A DNA stretch of 64,000 bases from an uncultured Alphaproteobacteria bacterium (GTDB lineage Bacteria > Pseudomonadota > Alphaproteobacteria > Rhizobiales > Aestuariivirgaceae): positions 1,945 through 65,944 of the forward strand of contig CALMUW010000043.1 of the NCBI GenBank assembly GCA_937872985.1. The letters run 5' to 3'. The translations under genes were made by a program, and so were the position numbers. How positions within the stretch are numbered: position 1 is the stretch's first letter; every line of letters starts with the position of its first letter. Under the pieces are notes generated by a model. It did not search any database, was not told where the DNA came from, and saw only the letters and a program-made list of their open reading frames with translations. This document shows, one piece after another, positions 42,670 through 50,642 of the stretch.

Positions 42670-44918
42670 CCAGTCCCACATATGAGAACGGACGCGCCCT
42701 GGAGTGTGGCGCGTCCGCAAGTGCCGAGGAGATGGCTGTCGTGTCCGACGCTTCCGAGAATGCCGGAACGGCTTCAGCCGAAGTGCCAGCATCTCACGAT
42801 CCGAAGGCGCTATCTGCCCACCTGAAGGCCGGTCATGACCTGATCCCGGTTGACGGCAAGGTTCCCGCAGAGAAGGGATGGCGGCGCTCGCCGTCTCTCT
42901 TGGCCGCCGACGCAAAGGCCCGGATGCGCAAGGGCGGCAACATCGGCGTTCGCCTGCGCGACACGGACCTGGTCATCGATATCGATCCCCGTCACTTCCG
43001 CGAAAATGACGATCCGCTTGGCCGACTCAAGGCGGATTTCGGTCTGCCTGATGCCCCTTTTGTCAGGACGGGCGGCGGTGGCCTGCACCTCTATCTGCGC
43101 AAGCCGACCCACATCCGGGTCGTCAACGGACTGCCTGACTATCCCGGCATTGAGTTCAAGTCGCATGGCCGTCAGGTCGTGGCGGCAGGCTCGATCCATC
43201 CTGACACGGCGAAGCCCTACAGCCTCGATGACGATCCGCTTGCTCTGACGCTGTCGGAAGCGCCCGAAGCGTCCACGGCACTCCTGAAGGCCATAGAGAA
43301 GCCGTCTGCGGCGTCATCGGACAGCAGTTACGGCGAACTCGATCCCGAACGCCTGGCGGAATGGCTGGGCTGGATTGACGTGTCAGATTATCGCGACGAG
43401 ACGAAGTGGCGGGAGCTGATGATGTCCTGCCACCAGGCAACAGGCGGAAGCGGCATTGACGAGTTCGCCGCCTGGTCAACATCCGATCCTGATTATTCTG
43501 CTCATGGCGGCAAGATCAGGCAGCGTTGGAACTCGCTCGACAACAAGCCAGGTGCGATCACCGTCCGTACCTTGATTGCGGCCTTGCCTGTCGCGCGGCG
43601 GCGCGAGGCGATCGAGTCTCTTGGCCGTGTTGCCGCGGCAGATGACTTCCCCGACAATGCCGAAGCGGGGCCTGCAACGGCACCACTGGCGGATGTCTGG
43701 GACGGCTGGGTCTTTGTTGCCGAAGCCATGCAGTTCATCCGGCGCGCGGATGGCCGGAAGTACCGCACTGATCAGTGGAAGGCGCTCCATGGCGGCCTCT
43801 ATCCCGATGGCGAGATTCTCAATGCCGTCTGGAAGTCCCGCATTCCCGTCAGGAAGTTCGAGAGGCTGGTTTATCTGCCGGAAGCACCCGAGTTCTCGGA
43901 AGGAGGCGAGAGTGGCGTCTACAACATCTGGCGCAAGTCAGGCGTCGAGGCAAAGCCCGGTGACGTGAAGCCGTTTCTGGATCACATGGCGTATCTGTTT
44001 CCCCATGAAGGGGACCGTGAACTGGTGCTCGACTATCTGGCATTGCTGACCCAGAAGCCTGCCCAGAAGATCCATTTTGCCCTTCTGGTGCGCGGATCGC
44101 AGGGAACCGGCAAGAGCTGGATCGGCAACCTGATGGAGCGGATCATCGGCAGGCCCAATGTGGTGCGGCCCTCGAATGACGAGGTCGTGTCGCGCTGGAC
44201 GCACTGGATGGAAGGCGCACAGCTGGCTATCGTCGAAGAACTGATGACGCTCGGCCGTCTTGAGGTGGCGAACCGCCTGAAGCCCGTCATCACCGACCCG
44301 ATGATCAGGATCGAGGAGAAGAACTGCTCACTCTACTCGATCCCCAATCACCTCAACTTCATCTGCTTCACCAACCACGATGACGCACTGAAGATCGAGC
44401 ATGGCGACAGGCGGTGGCTTGTCGTCTTCTCACCTGCAACCAAGCAGGAGCCTGACTACTATGACAGGCTCTTTGCCTACCTGGAGCATGGCGGTGCTGC
44501 CTTCGTGAAGCATTGGCTGATGCAGCGCCGCATCGTCCTCAATGGCCATGGCGTTGCGCCTGCGACCTCCGGCAAGGAGACAATGCGCAGGATGGCGATG
44601 GGGGATGCCGAGGCGTTCCTGCTGGACCTCCATGAGGCCAATGAGGCGCCCTTCGACTTTGACCTGGTGCGCGTCGATGATCTCGTCCAGGCGGTGCCTG
44701 CCAGGCTCTCAGGCAGGTCAAGCTTGCGCTCACGGCTTGCGAAGTTCCTGAAGGAGGAGCTGGGAGCTGTGGCGCACACCCGCTACACCAAGCAGAGTGC
44801 GAACAGGCCGTCATGGCAGCTTTGGTCACTGAGAAACCATGAGACATGGGAGAGCATCGGTGCCTCAGGCCGGATCGATGCCTATGTCGCGCACTATGCC
44901 ATCGACCTCATGCGTTGA
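42666..44918 (+). CDS. Replicase: bifunctional primase-polymerase (PrimPol) + PriCT-2-like + P-loop helicase (D5/VirE/DUF5906-type)
   Basis: 750 aa. N-terminal DLIPVDGKVPAEKGW...NIGVRLRDTDLVIDIDP (PrimPol-like), a middle DEFAAWSTSDPDY...RQRWNSL region (PriCT-like), then Walker A VRGSQGTGKSW and Walker B-like LAIVEE / RRWLVVFS. Confidence 0.8.
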   Translation: MTSPTYENGRALECGASASAEEMAVVSDASENAGTASAEVPASHDPKALSAHLKAGHDLIPVDGKVPAEKGWRRSPSLLAADAKARMRKGGNIGVRLRDTDLVIDIDPRHFRENDDPLGRLKADFGLPDAPFVRTGGGGLHLYLRKPTHIRVVNGLPDYPGIEFKSHGRQVVAAGSIHPDTAKPYSLDDDPLALTLSEAPEASTALLKAIEKPSAASSDSSYGELDPERLAEWLGWIDVSDYRDETKWRELMMSCHQATGGSGIDEFAAWSTSDPDYSAHGGKIRQRWNSLDNKPGAITVRTLIAALPVARRREAIESLGRVAAADDFPDNAEAGPATAPLADVWDGWVFVAEAMQFIRRADGRKYRTDQWKALHGGLYPDGEILNAVWKSRIPVRKFERLVYLPEAPEFSEGGESGVYNIWRKSGVEAKPGDVKPFLDHMAYLFPHEGDRELVLDYLALLTQKPAQKIHFALLVRGSQGTGKSWIGNLMERIIGRPNVVRPSNDEVVSRWTHWMEGAQLAIVEELMTLGRLEVANRLKPVITDPMIRIEEKNCSLYSIPNHLNFICFTNHDDALKIEHGDRRWLVVFSPATKQEPDYYDRLFAYLEHGGAAFVKHWLMQRRIVLNGHGVAPATSGKETMRRMAMGDAEAFLLDLHEANEAPFDFDLVRVDDLVQAVPARLSGRSSLRSRLAKFLKEELGAVAHTRYTKQSANRPSWQLWSLRNHETWESIGASGRIDAYVAHYAIDLMR

Positions 44919-44931
44919 TTGATTGCCTGAT

Positions 44932-45142
44932 GGTAGACAAGGGAGAACAGCCGGTGGACGCCTCACAAGTCCACCGGTTGTCGTAACAAGATCAGCCGCT
45001 TACGTATCGGTAGACAGAGTAGACAATATCTTTCAGCAATCTGTTCAACAGAACATGAGGCAATTGCATTGATAAGGGCAGGCGCTGAGGCGGCGAAGCT
45101 ATAGGACTTCGGAAACGTCGAAAATGCCGTCTGCCTGTCTAC
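44932..45142. repeat. Four copies of the 9-mer GGTAGACAR (three direct, one inverted) flanking an AT-rich stretch; candidate replication origin
   Basis: Copies at 44932-44940, 45009-45017, 45018-45026 (AGTAGACAA) and 45134-45142 (inverted). Also a 9-bp perfect hairpin CCGGTGGAC/GTCCACCGG at 44951-44977. Starts 14 nt after the replicase stop. Confidence 0.5.
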
Positions 45143-45599
45143 CGCCCAGGCATGGACCGGCTGAGCGATGGTGGCGCTCGCCTCGCAGACCCCGTAGTCC
45201 TCGCGCGTGCGACCCCTGAGGCAGTCAGGCAAGCAAGGCAGAGGCAGTACATGCCAGGTGCGGCGCCACGCTTTCGATGCTGCTGCGACGTGGATGACTG
45301 TGCCTCAGGGCCACCGAGGCGGCGTGCGGCAAATCTGAGAGGCAGGATCGAACCTCAGAGCATACGTGTCGTGATTGGGCGCTGTGAGTCGGGAAGATCA
45401 GCCGGTGCAAGGGCTTGGATGATTGTGACTGGGAAAGCACCGGCCCAGGCACTGGAAACAATCGCTGGACCAAGGGGGCTGGGAACAACCGACTTCCATG
45501 CGTCAGGCAGGCGGCGCTCTGGCATCACCACGTGCCTCATGCTCACTTACTGTCGGGTATATAGGGAGTTTTTATGAATTCGACGTATGGCTTGATGTA

Positions 45600-46859
45600 T
45601 CAATCCTCTCGCATGTCCGATATTTCCTTTATTGAGGGCCTTGCAAACGGTGGAAGCTTATCAGCCTTATACTGAGCCATTGATGCTAACCTATTTTCTT
45701 CCGCCTTCTGTAGCATAGCTCGAGCTGAGGCCTCCTGTTCAGGCGACAGAGGCTGCGAGAGGACAGCGCCAAACTTTTCGATGAAACTGCGTTCCACACC
45801 ATCGAATGAGAAATCGTTCTCCCATCCATTCAGCAGAGAATAATCTACCAACGACTGACAGCCATGTGGCAATGCTTTTCCCTTTCGAAACTGGCTATAT
45901 AGCCAGAGAATTACATCGGTGATTTGGATTCCAGGACTCTCGGAGTCTTCAAACACCTTGAACTGACTTCCTACAACCTTCTGAAGCTTGTAGCTCTCAC
46001 CGGCCCACTTGATCTCTTCCGGCGATGCATTCGAGAACATCTCGTGCCAAGCTTTCAGTGTCTGCTCGAACTCGCTCTGTTGGTCATGTTTGATGCTAGA
46101 AATCTTGCGCTTGCGCTGGGTAGACAGCATTTCCAAGCCGTCCAGAAGATTTGCGAAGGCCACAAGGTTGGGAAAGTGCCCATGTCTTGAAGTTTGTCGG
46201 TCCGTGTAAATCTGTATTGCCTCTGGGTTTTCTCGCGCCCAATTCAAGCCCTGACCTAGGACCTCACGTGATCGCGCATCGGGAACCTGATGTAGATTGC
46301 TAAGCAATCTGTCACAAACCTCTGGCAGCATTTTCAGTGCAACATCTTCCTTCGGCTCCAAGATGCTTTTCCAGAACAATTTGGCTGTATCTATATCGAT
46401 TGTAACAGCAAGCTTGAAGACCAGCATGAGCCTTGAAGCCCGGAGATTGTAGTGGTGCCAAGCGACTGCAGCATTCTCACCAGAGTCAAAAATTGCGTCG
46501 AACATTTTCGAACACAAGAGATACTTCTTTTCTACCCGCGACATGAAAAAAGTGGCTTCAGATGCATTCAGAATTTTGAGCAGTTGAGGTGCAATAACTT
46601 CTAGTCGACCCACTCCAAGTTTTTGCCCATGCAAAGCGTTCGAGCCATGCAAGTTTGCAAGGGAAACAACATCTTCTCTGAACCGTGGATCAAAATCTCC
46701 TTTGGTTATTAGCGCTGCCGCAAAAAAGTCAGGCTGGGCCTCATCAAAAAGATTGTGACCTGTATTTCCCGTTTCATCGACATAGGCAAAGAACGGGATT
46801 TTAGACTGACCCATCAGAGTTACTTCCGTAGTTGACACGCTCGGTAAGCCGAAAGGCAA
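45600..46859 (-). CDS. DUF3800-like protein (function unknown)
   Basis: 419 aa, low-GC. N-terminal FFAYVDETGNTG and late IQITDVILW resemble the two conserved DUF3800 motifs. An alternative start is M16 at 46814. Confidence 0.6.
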   Translation of the reverse strand: MPFGLPSVSTTEVTLMGQSKIPFFAYVDETGNTGHNLFDEAQPDFFAAALITKGDFDPRFREDVVSLANLHGSNALHGQKLGVGRLEVIAPQLLKILNASEATFFMSRVEKKYLLCSKMFDAIFDSGENAAVAWHHYNLRASRLMLVFKLAVTIDIDTAKLFWKSILEPKEDVALKMLPEVCDRLLSNLHQVPDARSREVLGQGLNWARENPEAIQIYTDRQTSRHGHFPNLVAFANLLDGLEMLSTQRKRKISSIKHDQQSEFEQTLKAWHEMFSNASPEEIKWAGESYKLQKVVGSQFKVFEDSESPGIQITDVILWLYSQFRKGKALPHGCQSLVDYSLLNGWENDFSFDGVERSFIEKFGAVLSQPLSPEQEASARAMLQKAEENRLASMAQYKADKLPPFARPSIKEISDMRED

Positions 46860-46921
46860 TAATGGCCTGACTAGAATTGAATACCCGCCATAAATTTACG
46901 AATCCATATGAGAATCACCAC

Positions 46922-47416
46922 ATGACGCGTTTGACGGTTGAAGCAAGAGAGGTGCGGCGGCCTGAGCTAGATCGCAGGTGGTCGCCTGCCATCGAGGAGC
47001 AGGTGCTGGACATCGTCGCAAGAACCGGGTCGCCGAAGATGGCAGCAGAGCAGATCGGCATTTCGGTCGCCACCATCCATGACCACAGGCGGCGCGATGC
47101 CGAATTTGGTGCGAAGTATGGTGCTGCCATGGACACAGCCTTTCATCAGGTTCTGAGCAAGGCTTTCGAGCGTTCTATGGACGATGCCGAGCCTTCGGAT
47201 CGCCTTATCGAGGTGCTGCTCAAATTTCGTTGGCCCGAACGCCTCAATGCTTTCCTGGCCTTCACGGCTGACGGCGGCTCGGCTGCTTCTGCGCCTGCCG
47301 GTCTTGATCCCCGTGTCATCGCCAGAATGGCACCCGCAGACAAGGCGGCACTGATCGAACTCCTTGGACGCTATCTCACGGTAGAAGCAGATGCCGCAAT
47401 CAAGCCAATCAACTGA
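46922..47416 (+). CDS. HTH protein resembling phage terminase small subunits
   Basis: ATG at 46922 (the tracked TTG at 46877 is possible). An HTH-like IVARTGSPKMAAEQIGISVATIHDHRRRD is followed by LIEVLLKFRWPERL, a pattern seen in terS-type proteins. Weak call. Confidence 0.4.
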   Translation: MTRLTVEAREVRRPELDRRWSPAIEEQVLDIVARTGSPKMAAEQIGISVATIHDHRRRDAEFGAKYGAAMDTAFHQVLSKAFERSMDDAEPSDRLIEVLLKFRWPERLNAFLAFTADGGSAASAPAGLDPRVIARMAPADKAALIELLGRYLTVEADAAIKPIN

Positions 47417-47648
47417 GACGGTGGAGCGGATGCTGCGCGATCTCGTGGCCGTCGAAGCCTTGGCAGCATCGCTGGAGGCCACAGCGCCCATCACCATCGC
47501 AGCGGAGGGTGGTGGAAGTCATCTTGTGGCCAATTATGGCCAGCCGACAGGCGCGTGGTTCTGGATGATCAGGCCCATGCCTGAGGAACTTTGGCTGCGC
47601 ATGGCTGATGAAAATCAGGTGAAGCACAGAGCAAATCCTGGTGAGTGA
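47391..47648 (+). CDS. Hypothetical protein
   Basis: 85-aa ORF overlapping the previous gene's end. Codon usage is compatible with coding, with no recognisable motif. Confidence 0.3.
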   Translation: MPQSSQSTETVERMLRDLVAVEALAASLEATAPITIAAEGGGSHLVANYGQPTGAWFWMIRPMPEELWLRMADENQVKHRANPGE

Positions 47649-47835
47649 TCGTCAATGATTGGAAGTGCGAAACGTGGTCTAGACCCAGTAACGGAAAGTG
47701 TTGCATGCGGCACACACTCACATGGGATAGTGTCGAAAAATGGCCTCATGTGAGTGTTCCCTTTTGGACGGGAAGAAAAAATGCGTTCATTGAATCTCTC
47801 CAGTACCGACGACAGATCGATTGAGGAGATGGAAA

Positions 47836-48222
47836 ATGGCTTGGAAGGGACGCAGCAGCTCACCTTGGAAGAACGGCTTCAACCGCACGGGTCCGGGAAC
47901 GCTTGAATACTTTGAAGACACGATTGGGCGTGAACTGAAGCGGGTGATTCAGGACGAAAACTCCCATCAGTTCCAACAATCGACAATGCGTGAAGATCGC
48001 GAAAAGATGGTCGCTGCGGAAAAGCTCATGGCCAAAATCGAAAAAGCCATTCAGGATTTCATCTATTTGAAAGACGGCAATCGCGAGGATGCCTATGAGA
48101 TTCTGTTTTCAAAGTTGAGCGAGAGAGCGGTCAGGAGGTTCGCCTACCAGAAATTTCATCTTATTGATCCGCTGAATCCTCCGATTGCTGGCACCGACAA
48201 GAATCAGACTGTTGCATCCTGA
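47836..48222 (+). CDS. Hypothetical protein (lower-GC)
   Basis: ATG at 47836 preceded by GAGGAG at 47824-47829. Charged helical 128-aa product with no recognisable motif. Confidence 0.4.
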   Translation: MAWKGRSSSPWKNGFNRTGPGTLEYFEDTIGRELKRVIQDENSHQFQQSTMREDREKMVAAEKLMAKIEKAIQDFIYLKDGNREDAYEILFSKLSERAVRRFAYQKFHLIDPLNPPIAGTDKNQTVAS

Positions 48223-48340
48223 TCGCGTCCGGTCGGCCGATGGGTCGTCCGTACCGCGATGGCGGTGACAACAAGACGGCTGAGCCCGCGCCTGTTTTCT
48301 CCCGGTTCGTCGCGTGATGCGATGACAAAGGAGATTGAGC

Positions 48341-49081
48341 ATGGCGGTCAAGAAGGTGGCCCTTGTGAACCGGTGGGTGTCCGTGACGGACGTATTCGAC
48401 CGATTGCGCCGGGCACGAGAAAATCGTGAGCAGCAGACAAAGTTGCTCGAAGGACTTGAAGGGCGAGCGAAGCAGCGCCGCGATGATGTGGAACGCTCGC
48501 TCGCCGATCTTTCCGTCAACCAGCGCAGCCAGATCGTGGCCCGCGCCGTGGGCGGCTACCGCGGTGAACTCAAGCGCCAGTCGCTCGACAGCCGCGTTGC
48601 CTATCTCAAGGCCATCGGCGCACTGCGCGAGGAAGTGAACTCAGCCCGCGCCCACTACCAGAGCCCGGTTCAGATGCTCGCACGCGAGGGCCTTGGCTCG
48701 GAGCGCCGTAGCCGTCTGCTTCACCAGATCGAAAAGTCCGGCAAGATCGAATTGGAATCGCTTGCAGCCTTTGCCGCCTCCACAGGCGACAAGGAACTCG
48801 CGGCAGCATTGCTCACCCGCAATTCCGGCCTTCCCATCAATGACCGCGCCTTTTCCTCCCAGGAACTGGCCGACGCCCTTGTCGGTGACGAATGGCGTAA
48901 GGTCACGCAGGCCATTGCCGAGGTGGACCGCCTCGCCGTTGAAGCTGTCCATGCCGACAGTGCCTTCGAGACGGGCAAGGCAAACCCCACGCGGGCAGTG
49001 GGCCTCGCGCTCATGCGGCGTGACGAGCGGGCCATCGGTGCCGATCTTTCAAACCTTGATGATGAAACACAGGAGGACTGA
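48341..49081 (+). CDS. Hypothetical protein (helical, phage-module context)
   Basis: ATG at 48341 preceded by AAGGAG at 48328-48333. 246 aa with high-GC codon bias typical of coding sequence. Confidence 0.5.
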   Translation: MAVKKVALVNRWVSVTDVFDRLRRARENREQQTKLLEGLEGRAKQRRDDVERSLADLSVNQRSQIVARAVGGYRGELKRQSLDSRVAYLKAIGALREEVNSARAHYQSPVQMLAREGLGSERRSRLLHQIEKSGKIELESLAAFAASTGDKELAAALLTRNSGLPINDRAFSSQELADALVGDEWRKVTQAIAEVDRLAVEAVHADSAFETGKANPTRAVGLALMRRDERAIGADLSNLDDETQED

Positions 49082-49083
49082 CC

Positions 49084-49350
49084 ATGCCGACTTATGCCTT
49101 TTTCCCCGCTCGTGAAGAACAGCGTCGCAGCGACCAGTTGAACTTTGCCGTCGCAGTTGGTGCGAGCGCATCCGCCGCCCGATCCGTTGCCGAAACGCTG
49201 CTCGGTGAGCCGAATGCGCTTGTCGGCTGGTCGTCTGTCGATCTCACGTCCGCGCCTGCCGCCTTTGTTCCCGGCCTTCCCATCGGTGCAAGGGTGCAAT
49301 CAACTTGGCCGAACCTCGACCGGGGCGGTTCCTATCTGCGGGGGGCTTGA
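49084..49350 (+). CDS. Hypothetical protein
   Basis: 88-aa ORF starting 3 nt after the previous stop. Tight packing suggests a phage-type operon. Confidence 0.4.
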   Translation: MPTYAFFPAREEQRRSDQLNFAVAVGASASAARSVAETLLGEPNALVGWSSVDLTSAPAAFVPGLPIGARVQSTWPNLDRGGSYLRGA

Positions 49351-49697
49351 TGATGACCGAGGAGACATATCGCAGCTTCTTCGGCGTTCCCGGCCTCAAC
49401 CACTCGACCAAGCTCCGCCAGTTTGAAGGCTTCGTGCGGGAGCGCCTTGCCGGGTGTGCCGTCACCGATCCGATGGACGCGCATCTCGCCTTTGGCGGCA
49501 CCTTCGAGGAGTTCGACGAGCACGCCTGCCGCGCTACGACCGGCCTCTTGCTGATCTTCGGCTATGAGCCGCAGCCTGAGGGCGTCTACCTCCGCAAGGA
49601 GGCATGGCCTGAGGACAAGCGGGCAGTCGGCCGCAGATTTCACATTGAACGGCTCAAGCGGCTGAACTTCGGGCCGAAGCGCGGAAAGGTGAGGTGA
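49350..49697 (+). CDS. Hypothetical protein
   Basis: The ATG at 49350 overlaps the previous stop by 1 nt (TGATG). 115 aa. Confidence 0.4.
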   Translation: MMTEETYRSFFGVPGLNHSTKLRQFEGFVRERLAGCAVTDPMDAHLAFGGTFEEFDEHACRATTGLLLIFGYEPQPEGVYLRKEAWPEDKRAVGRRFHIERLKRLNFGPKRGKVR

Positions 49698-49700
49698 CGC

Positions 49701-50141
49701 ATGGGCGGGCTTGATGACTTCGCCAGGCGCATTAGCCGGCTGTCCGTCCAGGTCGAAGGCAACGTCGAGCAGGCGGTCAAGGACTGTGCCAAGGCGGTCA
49801 CGCGAGCCGTGATCAATGCTACGCCTGTCGATACCGGCAGAGCGCGCTCCAACTGGACAGCCGAACTCGACCAGGCATTCCGCCAACTGTTCCCAGCGCA
49901 TGTGCTGGGCGAAAAGGGCAGCACTGGCGAGGCGAACGCCGAAGCCGCAATCAGTCAGGCAAACGAGCTGATTGACCGCTTCGACATCACCGCCAATCGG
50001 GAAATCCACATTGCCAACAGCCTGCCATACATCGGGGCGCTCAATGATGGGCATTCCAAGCAGGCGCCTGCTGGTTTCGTCCAGGAAGCCGTCATGGAAG
50101 GGCTGGCAACGGTGCGGGATGCCAAAATCCTGATGGACTGA
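49701..50141 (+). CDS. HK97 gp10-family phage head-tail (neck) protein-like
   Basis: 146 aa. INATPVDTGRARSNW is the characteristic gp10-family motif. Confidence 0.6.
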   Translation: MGGLDDFARRISRLSVQVEGNVEQAVKDCAKAVTRAVINATPVDTGRARSNWTAELDQAFRQLFPAHVLGEKGSTGEANAEAAISQANELIDRFDITANREIHIANSLPYIGALNDGHSKQAPAGFVQEAVMEGLATVRDAKILMD

Positions 50142-50148
50142 GGCTTGC

Positions 50149-50367
50149 CTATTTCTTTGCCGGTGTCAGCAGTTCGGCGGGCGTTGTCTTGAGCCGGTCG
50201 GCCAGCTTGAAAATCAGCATCAGCGACGGATTGCGCTTGGCTCGTTCGATGCCGGAAATGTAGGTCCGGTCGATTTCCGTCTCCAGGGCAAACGCCTCCT
50301 GCGACAGGTCCAGTTCCTTTCGGGCCTGCTTCACATTTTCCGCCAAGACTCGCTTGTAGTCAGCCAT
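50149..50367 (-). CDS. Small XRE-family HTH regulator (controller/repressor-like)
   Basis: 72 aa. LSQEAFALETEIDRTYISGIERAKRNPSLMLIFKLADRL is a classic XRE HTH of the type also found in restriction-modification C proteins. Confidence 0.8.
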   Translation of the reverse strand: MADYKRVLAENVKQARKELDLSQEAFALETEIDRTYISGIERAKRNPSLMLIFKLADRLKTTPAELLTPAKK

Positions 50368-50642
50368 ACCGCCATGCAGCGGATATGTCGACTAATCGTC
50401 CACGGACTCATCGTCAGCCGATGTGAGAGACGCTACTGAGCGCTATCGACAGTGGTACGGCTACGAGGCCATGGTCAAGATTGGCGATCACATGCTTGCC
50501 GCCAAATTTGCGCGGGATGGAAAGCATAGGCGATTTCTTAAGCGGGTGTCCGCAAATCTACTGCAAATCGTTTAATCAAGGCAGCGTGCTGCCAAAGCGT
50601 CGGGATGATGAAATAAACTTGCTCAGAGAGTCTGTAGGCACT

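Noticed and set aside
44963-45577. ORFs 44963-45232 (-) and 45152-45577 (+) in the gap after the replicase
   Set aside because: Both have Cys/Arg-rich implausible translations, no ribosome-binding sites and no motifs. The region is better explained as non-coding origin/regulatory DNA with iterons.
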